Virus record (IMG/VR): IMGVR_UViG_3300024581_003789
Span: 1-59,664 of that record
Source of the DNA: a virus
DNA length: 59,664 bases
Reading direction: 5' to 3' (one strand)
This document shows positions 29,601 through 39,279 of this stretch, piece after piece. Made by a program: the position numbers and the translations under genes. How positions within the stretch are numbered: the first letter of the stretch is position 1; each line of letters begins with the position of its first letter. Below the pieces are notes generated by a model. That model was given only the letters and a program-made list of their open reading frames with translations. It had not been told where the DNA came from and searched no databases.

Positions 29601-30132
29601 AAAAATAAGAATTAGATCTTTTCAAAATGCTAATAATATTAATCAATCATACTTTTCAACGACTGCACCCGTTGACAAAGTACTTCCAAGTCATCAAAGC
29701 ACAGACGATAATAGATTTTCAATTGATATGTCAGTAATGTCTGGGTTAAATAAAAATATGATGAAAATATTTAGTGATCTAAGTTCATTTGAAGACTCGC
29801 TAGGGCACCCAAATGTTATTTTTGGAGATAGATATCAGGATCTTAAGTATTTAAGAGAGATATACTTCAATAATGTTTTAAGTGATCTGGATTTAGAAAA
29901 GTATAGAAGTCTATTTAAATGGATAGACAATTCTTTCTCTGATATCGTTTACTCAATGTTACCTCGAACTACTAGTTTCTTAGGTATTAATTTTATATAT
30001 GAATCACATGTCTTAGAAAGAAACAGATATAGATACTTATATGACGAAATCTATATGATGGCTAATCAAAGAGAAAATCAAAGAAGTGATATATACATGT
30101 CGCTCTTCGAAGGCAGAGCTAAGAGACACTGA
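26644..30132 (+). CDS. Large baseplate protein with LamG/ConA-like domains and a gp7/P2-gpI-like segment
   Basis: FNHVSALYD, FSGSIDDLRFF, LKLYFRFNE..DASGNSLH (LamG); KSKGTINSIKGMFRSTGI (tail-I-like). Confidence 0.7.
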   Translation: MSKNLFTRQKGRLFEPKFTRQNKPSSNFLREQLNVSDNQEFLKNTNIESSSSFRYGNNTGIVSSQQLRVDYSRFENHIFFHSAVASVNEAFDKIVNFYPYEKNRKGLEQYEDELTGFEKYILDQFPKNVGYLNFSGSLVGEPLSNGSQINVQDMSGGTLLEISDKTSGAPVLDPNCSPFCLEMFLKIPDQANDNQVILQKYSSLSNNFTLALSESASTSACEIRFSISSGSNYLMASGSIEKGSFNHVSALYDPHSGGTLELMINQSVHTSSNNVVFQRLNYNASDLTIGTGETHRSNGEIFTNKQSFSGSIDDLRFFHKVFPKEEIQERRIKSYYPQEGDNLKLYFRFNEPYGDYSGNDLVFDASGNSLHSRIENFDIDLRSTGSDVPVLSENLYRNPVLFPTYDGIIDLNTNLLTTASLYDEYNPNLITKLVPQHYFQEATNYRDYSQELEQLERNFHTFSQNNPGQNKSDIPAVQLLMKLLLSYAKFFDELKLFIDAVTSYANTDYEDYDTTPDPFLIRKAKRHNIKLPQLFSNANIEQELEGVNLSSDGGLSVLSLNQIQNLIWRRILSEAPKVNKSKGTINSIKGMFRSTGIEPDNIMNFREYGGSKEKSLEASREISRDVYRFLDFSRIYDYQVTSLDDNGYPIDSGFGRIKGGYLSGSRTEVGLPLAAGTFVNKTLDNPNGESDNPNDGLYTSGSFTYEALYKWDYGYKNQPESLVRMHVTGTLAPSSKEACLVNLVATDEDITLYMRDNTEDLKSITIGDVNVFDGDIWNVSFGKKDAHDMSTSSTGSFFLRVGKQFSGDIIDQRENTLLVPEPAASVFKNISEYNTSGSFFVIGEQDFQETGKGSFLNDNTLTEQNAFETHFYGTVSNIRFYSKNITDQEFLNHVKNYDSFGVQDPRVNYGFSTLTTGSFERLIAYTDGKQNTNTTDSLGSIRLFDLSQNNLHFEGSNFDPESTILLNKRVNFEVLSDKFDLNQTKEKIRIRSFQNANNINQSYFSTTAPVDKVLPSHQSTDDNRFSIDMSVMSGLNKNMMKIFSDLSSFEDSLGHPNVIFGDRYQDLKYLREIYFNNVLSDLDLEKYRSLFKWIDNSFSDIVYSMLPRTTSFLGINFIYESHVLERNRYRYLYDEIYMMANQRENQRSDIYMSLFEGRAKRH

Positions 30133-31232
30133 TGGCAAACAAATACTATTATAACAAAGGGTTTTCTGATAGACCGGGAGACGTAAAAAACTCAAACTTA
30201 ATTTACACAGGGAGTGTAACTGTTGACGGGAAGTATGTTGTTGGTGACATACCATCAAATGTTTTTACCTCTCCTATGCAAAGGCTGGGAAAAACAATTG
30301 GCGTACCCAAGCCAAATTTGACTCCAACAGATCGAGAAGAGAACGGTGTGGGTGGAATTAAGTTTGAAACGGTCACAGTATTTGGTGACTTAGAACCAGA
30401 AGCACAGATAACGTTGCGATCTCTAGATGGTTATAGGGTTGGAAAAAACATTAAGTCATATGATCATTTTGCATCACCAGTTTTTAGGCCGATCATAAGA
30501 ATATCACCTGAAGGTTTTTTTGAAGAAGATACAAGCGGTGTAGTTAATCACTATGCAAGTTTAAACTCTTTTGGCTTTGGACAATCTTACAAGACAGTTA
30601 ACGAAGATTATGAATTAATTCCTTTTAATGACTTTGGTAAACTAGACCCTGTCAAGCTAATAACTGAAGGAGAAAACTTAGCATATCCAATAGTCTACAA
30701 AGGAACAAATAATATAGAACACTACACAGATCCTTCTCATCCAGCTAGCGATGGTGCAATTGACGTTTTTGATGTTAGAAGCTATATGACTACAATGTCT
30801 CCATCTGACATCCACATCCACGGTATTAAAGGTGACTACCAAGGTGGCGGAATCGAAGATGTCCGAGCAGGAAGTAAGAAAATTGACAGCAAGCATGAAA
30901 TTTCCGGAAAGAGAACACATTCAACATTTTTAGATAGTCAAGAAATAGCCTTTAGCGAGTATAATTTTTCTGCTGTGGGAAAAACAACAAATTTAGCAAA
31001 TAGAAAATTTGCTTATCCCGGTTTTGTCACAGTTGAAAAAGAGACAATGTCACCTTTTTCAGAAGAAAATACGTACGGAGAAAATAACTCAACTGATTCT
31101 TTTCTTTTGGGGAAAATAGATAACGTAAGTGAAATCGGAACACGTTTTAAATCTGCAACAAACGGATTAATATTTGGAGAAAGCAACCCGCTAGGGACAG
31201 ACTCAATTGCTTTCGGAGGTTTAAAAAAGTAA
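30132..31232 (+). CDS. Putative structural protein
   Basis: Coupled by 1-nt overlaps within the tail operon. Confidence 0.6.
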   Translation: MANKYYYNKGFSDRPGDVKNSNLIYTGSVTVDGKYVVGDIPSNVFTSPMQRLGKTIGVPKPNLTPTDREENGVGGIKFETVTVFGDLEPEAQITLRSLDGYRVGKNIKSYDHFASPVFRPIIRISPEGFFEEDTSGVVNHYASLNSFGFGQSYKTVNEDYELIPFNDFGKLDPVKLITEGENLAYPIVYKGTNNIEHYTDPSHPASDGAIDVFDVRSYMTTMSPSDIHIHGIKGDYQGGGIEDVRAGSKKIDSKHEISGKRTHSTFLDSQEIAFSEYNFSAVGKTTNLANRKFAYPGFVTVEKETMSPFSEENTYGENNSTDSFLLGKIDNVSEIGTRFKSATNGLIFGESNPLGTDSIAFGGLKK

Positions 31233-34200
31233 TGCCTAAGAAAAATAATAACTTTCCAGAACAGTATGTGTTAGCAAATTTAACCAATTTTCCTAAACCT
31301 GCTTTATATGTTGACTTTTCTAATAACCCTTCTGACATGTCAATTAATCAAGCAGTTGTGGAATACGAATCTCAAATCGGGTATAATGTTGAGTCTTATT
31401 CAGAAAATGTGGGCCCTAATGATAATTCAATTTTTAACTATGCAGAATTTTCAAATTTAAGAAACAAACGTGCTTTGATTGATTATGGCGATGCTGATCC
31501 TCAAAATCCGTTATCTTTTGGTGTCTCCGGAACGGGTGAAAATAGACCTTTCACAGTTTCTTTTTGGTTTCAGACTCGTGTTAGTCAAACGTTTTATGGG
31601 CTATTTAGCTACCAAACACGCGCTTATACTGACGATTCCGGAGCTATAACATGTAGATACTATAGCTCGACTAAAACTTATGAATTTGTTATTAGTAGTG
31701 ATACTGTAGGACGTCAATTAATATGTACATGTACTCCGGATTCTGGGAGGGGATTGGACCCGTTTGAAACATGGACACACGTCACCATTACATATGATGG
31801 TACAAATACTGGTGGGTTTGGAGAAGATCGTGCTATTAAGTTCTTTATTAATGGCGAAGAAATCAACAGGAGTGGAGATTCTTTTCTTGTAAACAATGTC
31901 AGTAGTTTTACTCACTCCCCGCAAGATCCAACTAGACTTTTTGTAGGGGGTTGGGAAGATGGTGACGATGAATTATCTGGGTATATGTCTCAATTTATGT
32001 GGTTCAGCACTGCTCTAGATAACGACCAAATTAATCAAATTTACAACGGTCAACTAAATAATTTTTACTCTTCTGGTAGGCTAAGTAATCCTTCAAGAAC
32101 TATCATAAGAGAACAAGATGCATGGTCAGGAAAATACCCGACAGTTCACAGAATGAATAGAAAGGGCACCAGCGGTATATTATCTAATATTTTATTTGAT
32201 GATGCAAAGACAGTTAAATTTGGGACCCGTATATACGACAACTTTGATATAAAAGATTATGAAGTCTATACGAAAGAAGTCAATGGAGATGTTTGGGAGG
32301 TCTCTGAGGGCGTCATAATCAAAAGAGAATTTGACCCCAATGAAATTAATTCTGCATCAACAGGCGCAGTTGTTTTAGCGGGTGAAGGTGACAGCGATGG
32401 AAGATGGATTCAGACAAAAAATAAAATATCGATGCCTACTGTTTATCTAGACGTTCTTAGAGGCCCTTATAATGACCAAGGTGGTTTGTTGGGTTCATTA
32501 AAGCTGGGATTGGTAGAAGGAGGCCTAAATGAAACTCTTTTTATTCAAGCAAAAACTGAAGGTGGATCTTGGGAAAATATTACTATTGAAGAAAGTTTTA
32601 TTGGATCTGACGTTAATAGTGATCTTTTAAGAGCAGGCGGCTTGAATGCAGGAAGTTTTCTTTTTGGTGTTAACATCGATCAGCAGAATAGCTTAACTAG
32701 TCAAGTTAAAAAGGATAATCGACCGGTAATGTCATTAAAGATACCAATGGAAGCCTTTGCCAAAGCAGGATTTACTAGTGAACCCTTTTATTTAAGAATT
32801 GCACAATCTCAAGTCAACAGTGCGTCACGAAACGTTTGGGCAATAGGAAAAATTGATATCATCTCTAGGGATGAACAGGTGACTTATCCTGCATTAAACA
32901 AAGGCGTAACTGCTGATTTATTTCATCTGTCACAAAAAATAGCTTCACCTAATATTGTAAGTTACTTAACCACAACTGGAAGCGCAATTGAGGGAATTAC
33001 AGATTCAGAGTATAGTTTTATCGATTCTAGCTTGGAGCAGAAGAACACTCCTTTTGATGAATTACTAGTCACAAATTATCAAAACAATGAATTTCATAGG
33101 GTAGGAACAGATCCAAATGTACTGCCTGGGTTTGATTTGCCTTTGTTAGATAAGACAAAAATAAGCATAACTTTGTCTGCTAGTTCAGAAACTCGGATAG
33201 GATTAGTATACCCCCCACCAAAAAACACACTAACATCATACCAAAATATGATGTGTTATTATAATTTTAAAGATAAAATTTGGGATCTTGGTGCCTTGCA
33301 GGGCCCTCAAAGATTTGGTCAGACTTTTGATGACATGATAGTGTCTTCATCGATTGGCTTTGGATCACTTAATCCAATAGGAGAGTCAAGCTCTACCACG
33401 ATTGGAACACCAACTATACATGACAATTTTCAGTATAATGGAGACTTTTTCGTCAATTCCAGTGTAAGGCCCACAAATGCATTTGGGTTTCCTTCGCACG
33501 TAAAATTTGCACCTGAAGAATATTCTGGTCAGACGATTAAAGCATCTGAGTTAGGGATAACAAAGCCATTTCTTTTGGAAAAAATAAAAATGTCTTTCGA
33601 TGCATCAATGCAGTTTGCAGATATTGAAGATGGTGGGACATCTAATCAGTACTACTCTTTAGAATTTATGACTATTCCAGGTAGTAACTACCAAGTTAGT
33701 TATTTTGAAAATACTGAAGTATACATACCTACTTTTTTTATTTTGAGGAATTTTAAAGACTCGTTAAATGTAATCAATAACGTTCAAAAAATTGATCAGT
33801 CGTTAGGTTCTGTTGTTGAAAATTTCGACTTCAATATTAACATTCCAGACAGTAGATATATTTGGGATCGAACAACAGGATTACCAGATACATATAACGA
33901 TTATGTCACAACTAATAGAGAACTAATAACATACGGACAATTTTCTGTATATCGATCAGGTAGTGAAGAAAATAATCAATTTATAAGAGTCGAAGGTGAC
34001 ACCAACAATTATACGCTTATTGACGCGCCATTTAGTGACAATGTTTTAAATTCTTTAACGAGAGACTCAAAAATTCTAACCATAACCTCAAGTATTAACA
34101 GCCTAGATTTAAATCAGCACACAATAGAATTTCCGTGTAGGTCACCTATAATTTCTCAAAACGTCTTTTCAACTTTTGACAGCTATGAAGGTGCTGGAAA

Positions 34201-35521
34201 CGGAAATACAGTAATTTTAAACTCAGAAAATGGAAAAACCATCCCGGTGTTGGCCGGATCTAGTCGTAACGTAGGCTCAGCTTTTACGCCAAACTTGGTT
34301 GAATCTGATCAAATAGAAATAAATGTATCTGATGGATTAACAGAAAGATTAACAAAAACATCAATAGTTTCAAATCCAAATGAGTTTGATAGACCCGCAC
34401 CTTATTTGATATTACCTGAAGACGAACTTATTTTTGGTTGGCAATACCCATTACCTAGGCAGGCCGCGGCAGGAATTAGCAGTGGTGATGATGTCAATGA
34501 TGAATTTGCAATGACACTCAAAGGTATAACCAATATTGAGTTTTTTGGGAGCCAGATTAGAAACGGAAAAGAATTTCACGAAGGAATCAATCAAAACTTA
34601 ACATCTAATGCAATTCATGAAGTAATCGGAAGTGATTCTATTATTGATCAATGGCAAGTTAATCTTAGAGGCGAAATGACAGGTAGCCTATCAGATCAAT
34701 TCATGTTTGGGAATAGTCAGAATGCAACCCCAGATAGTTTTAGTTTAGGTAGTATAATAATACCAGAAAACTCACTCAAGAATAATTTTGTTACAAATGA
34801 AAGACAGTCTATTTTATTTGAAGGAACCAAACCTGTCAATAGAATCAATGCAAGATACTATAGATCTTCTGAGAGAGAATTTGGCAATTTAAGTATTTTA
34901 GGTAACACATACGAATTTTTGACTGCAGCCGGCGCCAATGAAAACGTTTTTAACAACCTAGATCCAGCTGGATCTTGGACACATGGGATTAATCGGTTTA
35001 TTAATATTTCTAATTATTCTTCCACCTTTAAAGACTCAAACGTTTTTAATCTAAGAGGGCCTTCTGTATCTAACAAGGTCGACTCTACATACGGTAGCAG
35101 TCAAAACTTTACAAGATACTCTCTAAGCTTTGCCAGCTCAACTGTTGTAAAATTAGGTGGTTATCCAAAATATTATTATGGCAATAGACATTACGGTCAC
35201 TTGGCGGACAGTATAAGACAAGGCTTAGACGGAAACTTTGAAACAAACTTAACTATTCAAAATAGAAATAACGACGCGTCTTCTTTTGTTGTTACCTCTC
35301 CCGCCGTTAAAACACAATTTGTGTCATCCGAGTATGACAATGCTGATCTTAACTTTAGAATATTTAAAAAGACAAAACCTGAAGATATTAACGGATCTAG
35401 TTATATTAGTTATCAGAGCTCAAACTTAGATGAGTTTTCTAGATCTTTTAAGCCTTTTTACGACGATGGAATTGTTTTAAACAGAGAATATGGCGAAGAT
35501 ACAATAACAGTAACTATTTAA
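31232..35521 (+). CDS. Large structural protein with N-terminal LamG domain
   Basis: FTVSFWF, WTHVTITYDG, KFFINGEE, LFVGG, LSGYMSQFMWFSTALDNDQINQIYN. Confidence 0.7.
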   Translation: MPKKNNNFPEQYVLANLTNFPKPALYVDFSNNPSDMSINQAVVEYESQIGYNVESYSENVGPNDNSIFNYAEFSNLRNKRALIDYGDADPQNPLSFGVSGTGENRPFTVSFWFQTRVSQTFYGLFSYQTRAYTDDSGAITCRYYSSTKTYEFVISSDTVGRQLICTCTPDSGRGLDPFETWTHVTITYDGTNTGGFGEDRAIKFFINGEEINRSGDSFLVNNVSSFTHSPQDPTRLFVGGWEDGDDELSGYMSQFMWFSTALDNDQINQIYNGQLNNFYSSGRLSNPSRTIIREQDAWSGKYPTVHRMNRKGTSGILSNILFDDAKTVKFGTRIYDNFDIKDYEVYTKEVNGDVWEVSEGVIIKREFDPNEINSASTGAVVLAGEGDSDGRWIQTKNKISMPTVYLDVLRGPYNDQGGLLGSLKLGLVEGGLNETLFIQAKTEGGSWENITIEESFIGSDVNSDLLRAGGLNAGSFLFGVNIDQQNSLTSQVKKDNRPVMSLKIPMEAFAKAGFTSEPFYLRIAQSQVNSASRNVWAIGKIDIISRDEQVTYPALNKGVTADLFHLSQKIASPNIVSYLTTTGSAIEGITDSEYSFIDSSLEQKNTPFDELLVTNYQNNEFHRVGTDPNVLPGFDLPLLDKTKISITLSASSETRIGLVYPPPKNTLTSYQNMMCYYNFKDKIWDLGALQGPQRFGQTFDDMIVSSSIGFGSLNPIGESSSTTIGTPTIHDNFQYNGDFFVNSSVRPTNAFGFPSHVKFAPEEYSGQTIKASELGITKPFLLEKIKMSFDASMQFADIEDGGTSNQYYSLEFMTIPGSNYQVSYFENTEVYIPTFFILRNFKDSLNVINNVQKIDQSLGSVVENFDFNINIPDSRYIWDRTTGLPDTYNDYVTTNRELITYGQFSVYRSGSEENNQFIRVEGDTNNYTLIDAPFSDNVLNSLTRDSKILTITSSINSLDLNQHTIEFPCRSPIISQNVFSTFDSYEGAGNGNTVILNSENGKTIPVLAGSSRNVGSAFTPNLVESDQIEINVSDGLTERLTKTSIVSNPNEFDRPAPYLILPEDELIFGWQYPLPRQAAAGISSGDDVNDEFAMTLKGITNIEFFGSQIRNGKEFHEGINQNLTSNAIHEVIGSDSIIDQWQVNLRGEMTGSLSDQFMFGNSQNATPDSFSLGSIIIPENSLKNNFVTNERQSILFEGTKPVNRINARYYRSSEREFGNLSILGNTYEFLTAAGANENVFNNLDPAGSWTHGINRFINISNYSSTFKDSNVFNLRGPSVSNKVDSTYGSSQNFTRYSLSFASSTVVKLGGYPKYYYGNRHYGHLADSIRQGLDGNFETNLTIQNRNNDASSFVVTSPAVKTQFVSSEYDNADLNFRIFKKTKPEDINGSSYISYQSSNLDEFSRSFKPFYDDGIVLNREYGEDTITVTI

Positions 35522-35535
35522 ATTAGGTATCATAA

Positions 35536-38184
35536 ATGGCACAAACTAAATCAATCAACAAAAACAAAGTCGAAAAAAAAGAGTATTTAGTTGTAAAAGA
35601 CGATACAGGAAAAGTAGTCAAAGTTATATTTCCTCATAGCGTAGAGTTTGGTGTAGAAGGATTAACATCTTCTGTAACGCTATCATCTGACATGTTACCT
35701 GATAGTGATGCATCTAGATCCTTAGGTTCACCGGAAAAGCAGTGGAAAGATCTTTATGTAAGTAAAGGAACCATATATGTTGGAGGAGCTAGAATCGGAC
35801 TGTCAGAAGATGGAAAGCTTCAGTTCAGAGATAGAGGTTCAGAAACCGACACTATCCTAAGCGAAGCTGCTGTTGTTAACAATCAATCAGTTCTGAACGC
35901 ATTAGGATATCAGCCGGCAAACGGAACGTTATCTAATTTAGCAGACGCAGAAGCCGCAAGGATTGCCCTAGGGCTTTCTAGCTTTACAACTGGATCATTA
36001 TCTGACATATTTGATGAAGCACCAGCAAACATGAAGAATAGCAACTTAATTTTTGGTAAAAGTGAAGATGGCTCAATTTATCTTGATAAAGGCGACGGTG
36101 CTGTCTTAGCTGTCGCAGTTGACAAAAATGATATCGGATTAGGTAATGTTGTTAACAAGACACCCAGTGAAATGGTCGCTGCTGCAGGAGGATTTTTTGA
36201 GTCTGACTTTGACAATACATTTAATTTAAAGTTTGATGGGAAAAACCCAGTAACAGATGATAATATCAATGCCAAAATGGCAGCAAACGCTATTAGCTTT
36301 AGAAGCAGTTTAGGATTAGGAACTGCTGCAACAAGAAGTGAAGCAGACTTTAGAGACGCGTCATGGACACCCTCAATAACTGACTTACCCGGAACTATAT
36401 ATCATGACGGGCGAAAGCCTTCAAAGTCTGACATAGGATTAGGGAATGTTGTAGATAAGTCTCCTTCAGAATTGTCAGTAGATGCAGCTTTCACATCTGC
36501 TGACTTTAGAGGGTTAATTCATGCACATTTTAAAGATAATGATGCAGACTGGACTTCACGTGGTGGTGCAATTCAATCAAATTCAGACGCTGTTGCAGAA
36601 AATCAAAGCCGGCTAGGGTTTGTCGAAGGACAAGAAAGAAATAAAGGAAAGTCTAAACTAGGATTGCTTGACAATGGTAAAATGTTGTCTGCTGAAACTT
36701 ATCAAGACTCATCAGGAAAAGTTATACAGCCTGCTGGTTGGGTTACTTCTAGAGGTAATGCAGGATATTCTGGTATTAGCTACGAAGATAGCACAAACAA
36801 AGTTGCAAAAATAAGCATTTCAAACACTGATTCTGCCATCGGAATTACATCACCTGCATTTGAAATTAAAGAAGAGATATACAATATTAAAGTAAGAATG
36901 AAAACTTCTTTTATTAACAACCCATATTACCCACAGCTGTTTATTATATGTACATCTGATGAAGATCTAACCGGTGAATATATTACTAGTCAATATATTT
37001 ACCCAGTTGAACCAAAACACAACAGCAATATAACATTTTATAACAAAAAAATCAACGGGGATGGATCATCTCAAATAACAAAATTGTCCGGACCATCATC
37101 AACTAGTCAGACTTTCGCTGTATACGAATATCAATTTATTCCGCCGACGAACGCAAAATGGGCTTCAATTGAACTTTATAAAGCCTCAGGTGATCTATAT
37201 GTAGACTGGATATCTGTAACTGAAGATACTAAGTCTGCTCGTCCTACAGTTAGTAGCTTGCAACTCTCTAACTTTGCAGGTAGAACTTTTTCAGATATTG
37301 CAAATAGTTCAGAAATAAATAATGTGTTACCTACTGCTTCCTCTTTAAATCTCTCCAATTTTGTTGGCAAGACACTGCAGAGTGCATATAATGATGGAAG
37401 AGCAGCAGCAACATCATACTATTCAAGTTTGGAAAAAAGATCACTGAGCAAAACATTATCCACCAGTGACTATTCAGACTTAGCAATTAATGAAGATTGG
37501 CAGCTTCGAAGCTCACCTTTTACCACCGTCTTCTCAACGACATCAACCTCAAAATTAAGATTTACAGTAAAAGATAGCACGACAGGAGGCTGGGTTAGCA
37601 AAGGCTATATTAACGACTCAGGTAATGATACTACAATTAACTTTACAGGGCAACACCGCTGCGAAGATATTGATGACGAGCTTTCAACAGCTGAAGTTGG
37701 TTTAATTGTTTCGTCAACAGGTGATTATAACAACCTTGTTGAAAATGATATTCCTACTATTAACTCTGCCCTACCTATTGTTAAGTTGTCATCAGCGGAA
37801 AAAGACAAAGCTTGTTTTGGTGTAATATCAGATAAAGAAGACTTAGAAAATTTTGGAAGAGAGTACTCTTTTGGAAATTTTGTTACTGAATCTGATTCTG
37901 AAGGTGATGTCAATCGTCTCATTATCAATTCTTTGGGTGAGGGTGGAATATGGATCACAAACATCAACGGGAATCTTGAAAATGGAGATTACATAACGAC
38001 TTCAAATATTCCAGGTTATGGCATGAAGCAGGATGATGACATATTAAGAAATTATACTGTTGCAAAAATTACACAAAATTGTGATTTTCAACTTACCGGC
38101 TCAAATTATAAGTGCGAAGAGCTAATTTTTAGTGGGTCTACATATCGCAGAGCGTTTGTGGGTTGCACGTATCATTGTGGATAA
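35536..38184 (+). CDS. Tail fibre/receptor-binding protein with CBM-like domain and C-terminal intramolecular chaperone/autoprotease-like domain
   Basis: DMLPDSDASRSLGSPEKQWKDLYV; K.DIGLGNV repeats; LGLGTAATR; PTNAKWASI..LYVDWISV; C-terminal FTGQHR...NSLGEGGIW...ENGDYITTS...GCTYHCG. Confidence 0.75.
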   Translation: MAQTKSINKNKVEKKEYLVVKDDTGKVVKVIFPHSVEFGVEGLTSSVTLSSDMLPDSDASRSLGSPEKQWKDLYVSKGTIYVGGARIGLSEDGKLQFRDRGSETDTILSEAAVVNNQSVLNALGYQPANGTLSNLADAEAARIALGLSSFTTGSLSDIFDEAPANMKNSNLIFGKSEDGSIYLDKGDGAVLAVAVDKNDIGLGNVVNKTPSEMVAAAGGFFESDFDNTFNLKFDGKNPVTDDNINAKMAANAISFRSSLGLGTAATRSEADFRDASWTPSITDLPGTIYHDGRKPSKSDIGLGNVVDKSPSELSVDAAFTSADFRGLIHAHFKDNDADWTSRGGAIQSNSDAVAENQSRLGFVEGQERNKGKSKLGLLDNGKMLSAETYQDSSGKVIQPAGWVTSRGNAGYSGISYEDSTNKVAKISISNTDSAIGITSPAFEIKEEIYNIKVRMKTSFINNPYYPQLFIICTSDEDLTGEYITSQYIYPVEPKHNSNITFYNKKINGDGSSQITKLSGPSSTSQTFAVYEYQFIPPTNAKWASIELYKASGDLYVDWISVTEDTKSARPTVSSLQLSNFAGRTFSDIANSSEINNVLPTASSLNLSNFVGKTLQSAYNDGRAAATSYYSSLEKRSLSKTLSTSDYSDLAINEDWQLRSSPFTTVFSTTSTSKLRFTVKDSTTGGWVSKGYINDSGNDTTINFTGQHRCEDIDDELSTAEVGLIVSSTGDYNNLVENDIPTINSALPIVKLSSAEKDKACFGVISDKEDLENFGREYSFGNFVTESDSEGDVNRLIINSLGEGGIWITNINGNLENGDYITTSNIPGYGMKQDDDILRNYTVAKITQNCDFQLTGSNYKCEELIFSGSTYRRAFVGCTYHCG
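36124..36471 (+). repeat. Degenerate tail-fibre repeat pair KNDIGLGNVVNKTPSE (36124-36171) and KSDIGLGNVVDKSPSE (36424-36471)
   Basis: Seen in translation, 300 bp apart. Confidence 0.8.
37243..37374 (+). repeat. Internal peptide duplication PTVSSLQLSNFAGRT / PTASSLNLSNFVGKT
   Basis: Seen in translation; codons have diverged. Confidence 0.7.
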
Positions 38185-38201
38185 TGTTTTTCACAATGTG
38201 A

Positions 38202-38210
38202 ATACTTATA
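38202..38210 (+). promoter_or_regulatory. Putative late promoter core ATACTTATA
   Basis: Intergenic; identical to 22754-22762. Confidence 0.4.
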
Positions 38211-38227
38211 ACTAACAAAGGACAAAT

Positions 38228-39277
38228 ATGGGAATTCTAGATAAAAGAACAAGATTTATCGATCTTGTTGTTACTCAGGAAGGAAAAAGACAGATTGCAA
38301 ATGGGCAACTAAGAGCTGAGTTTGCTTCTCTTTCTGACAGCAACTTATATTACGATTCTTCAAACAAAGAAGACATCAGTCAAAGAATTTACTTTGAAGT
38401 TATGGAACGTCCAGAGAATTCAATAGTATTAGAAAAAGACGACAGTGGGAATTTAATCAATCTAGATATGTCTCCTACAGGATCTATAGTAGGTAATGCA
38501 ATCTTTCTTAAAGATCAACAAGAGGCTGCTAGGTTGTCTCTAAATGCTGTCACTGGCAGTGATTTTAAAATCGGAATGCAAAGTGTACTAGACTCTTCTC
38601 TTGATCATTTTAGAAAGAACTATTTTATTGGAACTTTTGATACTAATGGATCGAATGAATTCTCGTTGGATAAAGACAAAGTAACATTTACTATAACAAA
38701 CGATACTCCTTTTTCTGGATCACCTTACAAAGAAGTAATTAACGTTAACGATGCTGAGCCTTTCTTTTTAGACTCAAAATTGGCACATTTAGATAATTTT
38801 CAATACCTTCCTCCTGTTTCAAATACAACTGGTGCTACAATAGGTGACTATGAAGACATTAGAAGTACTAAAAGAGATAGCTGGGAAGATATTAAAAAAT
38901 TATTGGCAGGTGCTAAGAATAAAAGATCTCAAAAAAATGCTAACTATTCTGAAAACCTTGTTTCAAAAAATAGAGTAGAATACAAAAGTGAAAAGTTAAT
39001 AAAAAATGGAAAAGTTCCAGAAATAGAAGAATATACTCCAGTAGAAATTATAAGATTTGATAAAACATCGACTGACAACAACCTAATTCTTCAAGTATAC
39101 GAAGACAGCATTGGTCCTGAGATGAATAAATTAGATGTTATAGATGCTGGAACTTTCTATGACTATGAAGATAATATGGGACGCCAAGAAAAAAGAGTTT
39201 TTTATGTAGGAAAAGTCTATTACGATGACTTTAATATGCCTACATTCGTAAATATATTTACAATTGTGATGGATTAA
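38228..39277 (+). CDS. Structural protein, N-terminal paralogue of 48598..49311
   Basis: MGILDKRTRFIDLVVTQEGKRQIA..F..LSD..Y versus MGFLDHSTNNIIVDAVLTDAGRRALA..FALGD..Y. Confidence 0.65.
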   Translation: MGILDKRTRFIDLVVTQEGKRQIANGQLRAEFASLSDSNLYYDSSNKEDISQRIYFEVMERPENSIVLEKDDSGNLINLDMSPTGSIVGNAIFLKDQQEAARLSLNAVTGSDFKIGMQSVLDSSLDHFRKNYFIGTFDTNGSNEFSLDKDKVTFTITNDTPFSGSPYKEVINVNDAEPFFLDSKLAHLDNFQYLPPVSNTTGATIGDYEDIRSTKRDSWEDIKKLLAGAKNKRSQKNANYSENLVSKNRVEYKSEKLIKNGKVPEIEEYTPVEIIRFDKTSTDNNLILQVYEDSIGPEMNKLDVIDAGTFYDYEDNMGRQEKRVFYVGKVYYDDFNMPTFVNIFTIVMD

Positions 39278-39279
39278 TC

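Noticed and set aside
35536-38184. Diversity-generating retroelement or invertible fibre cassette
   Set aside because: No reverse transcriptase, invertase or TR/VR pair seen; the repeats are short in-frame peptide repeats.
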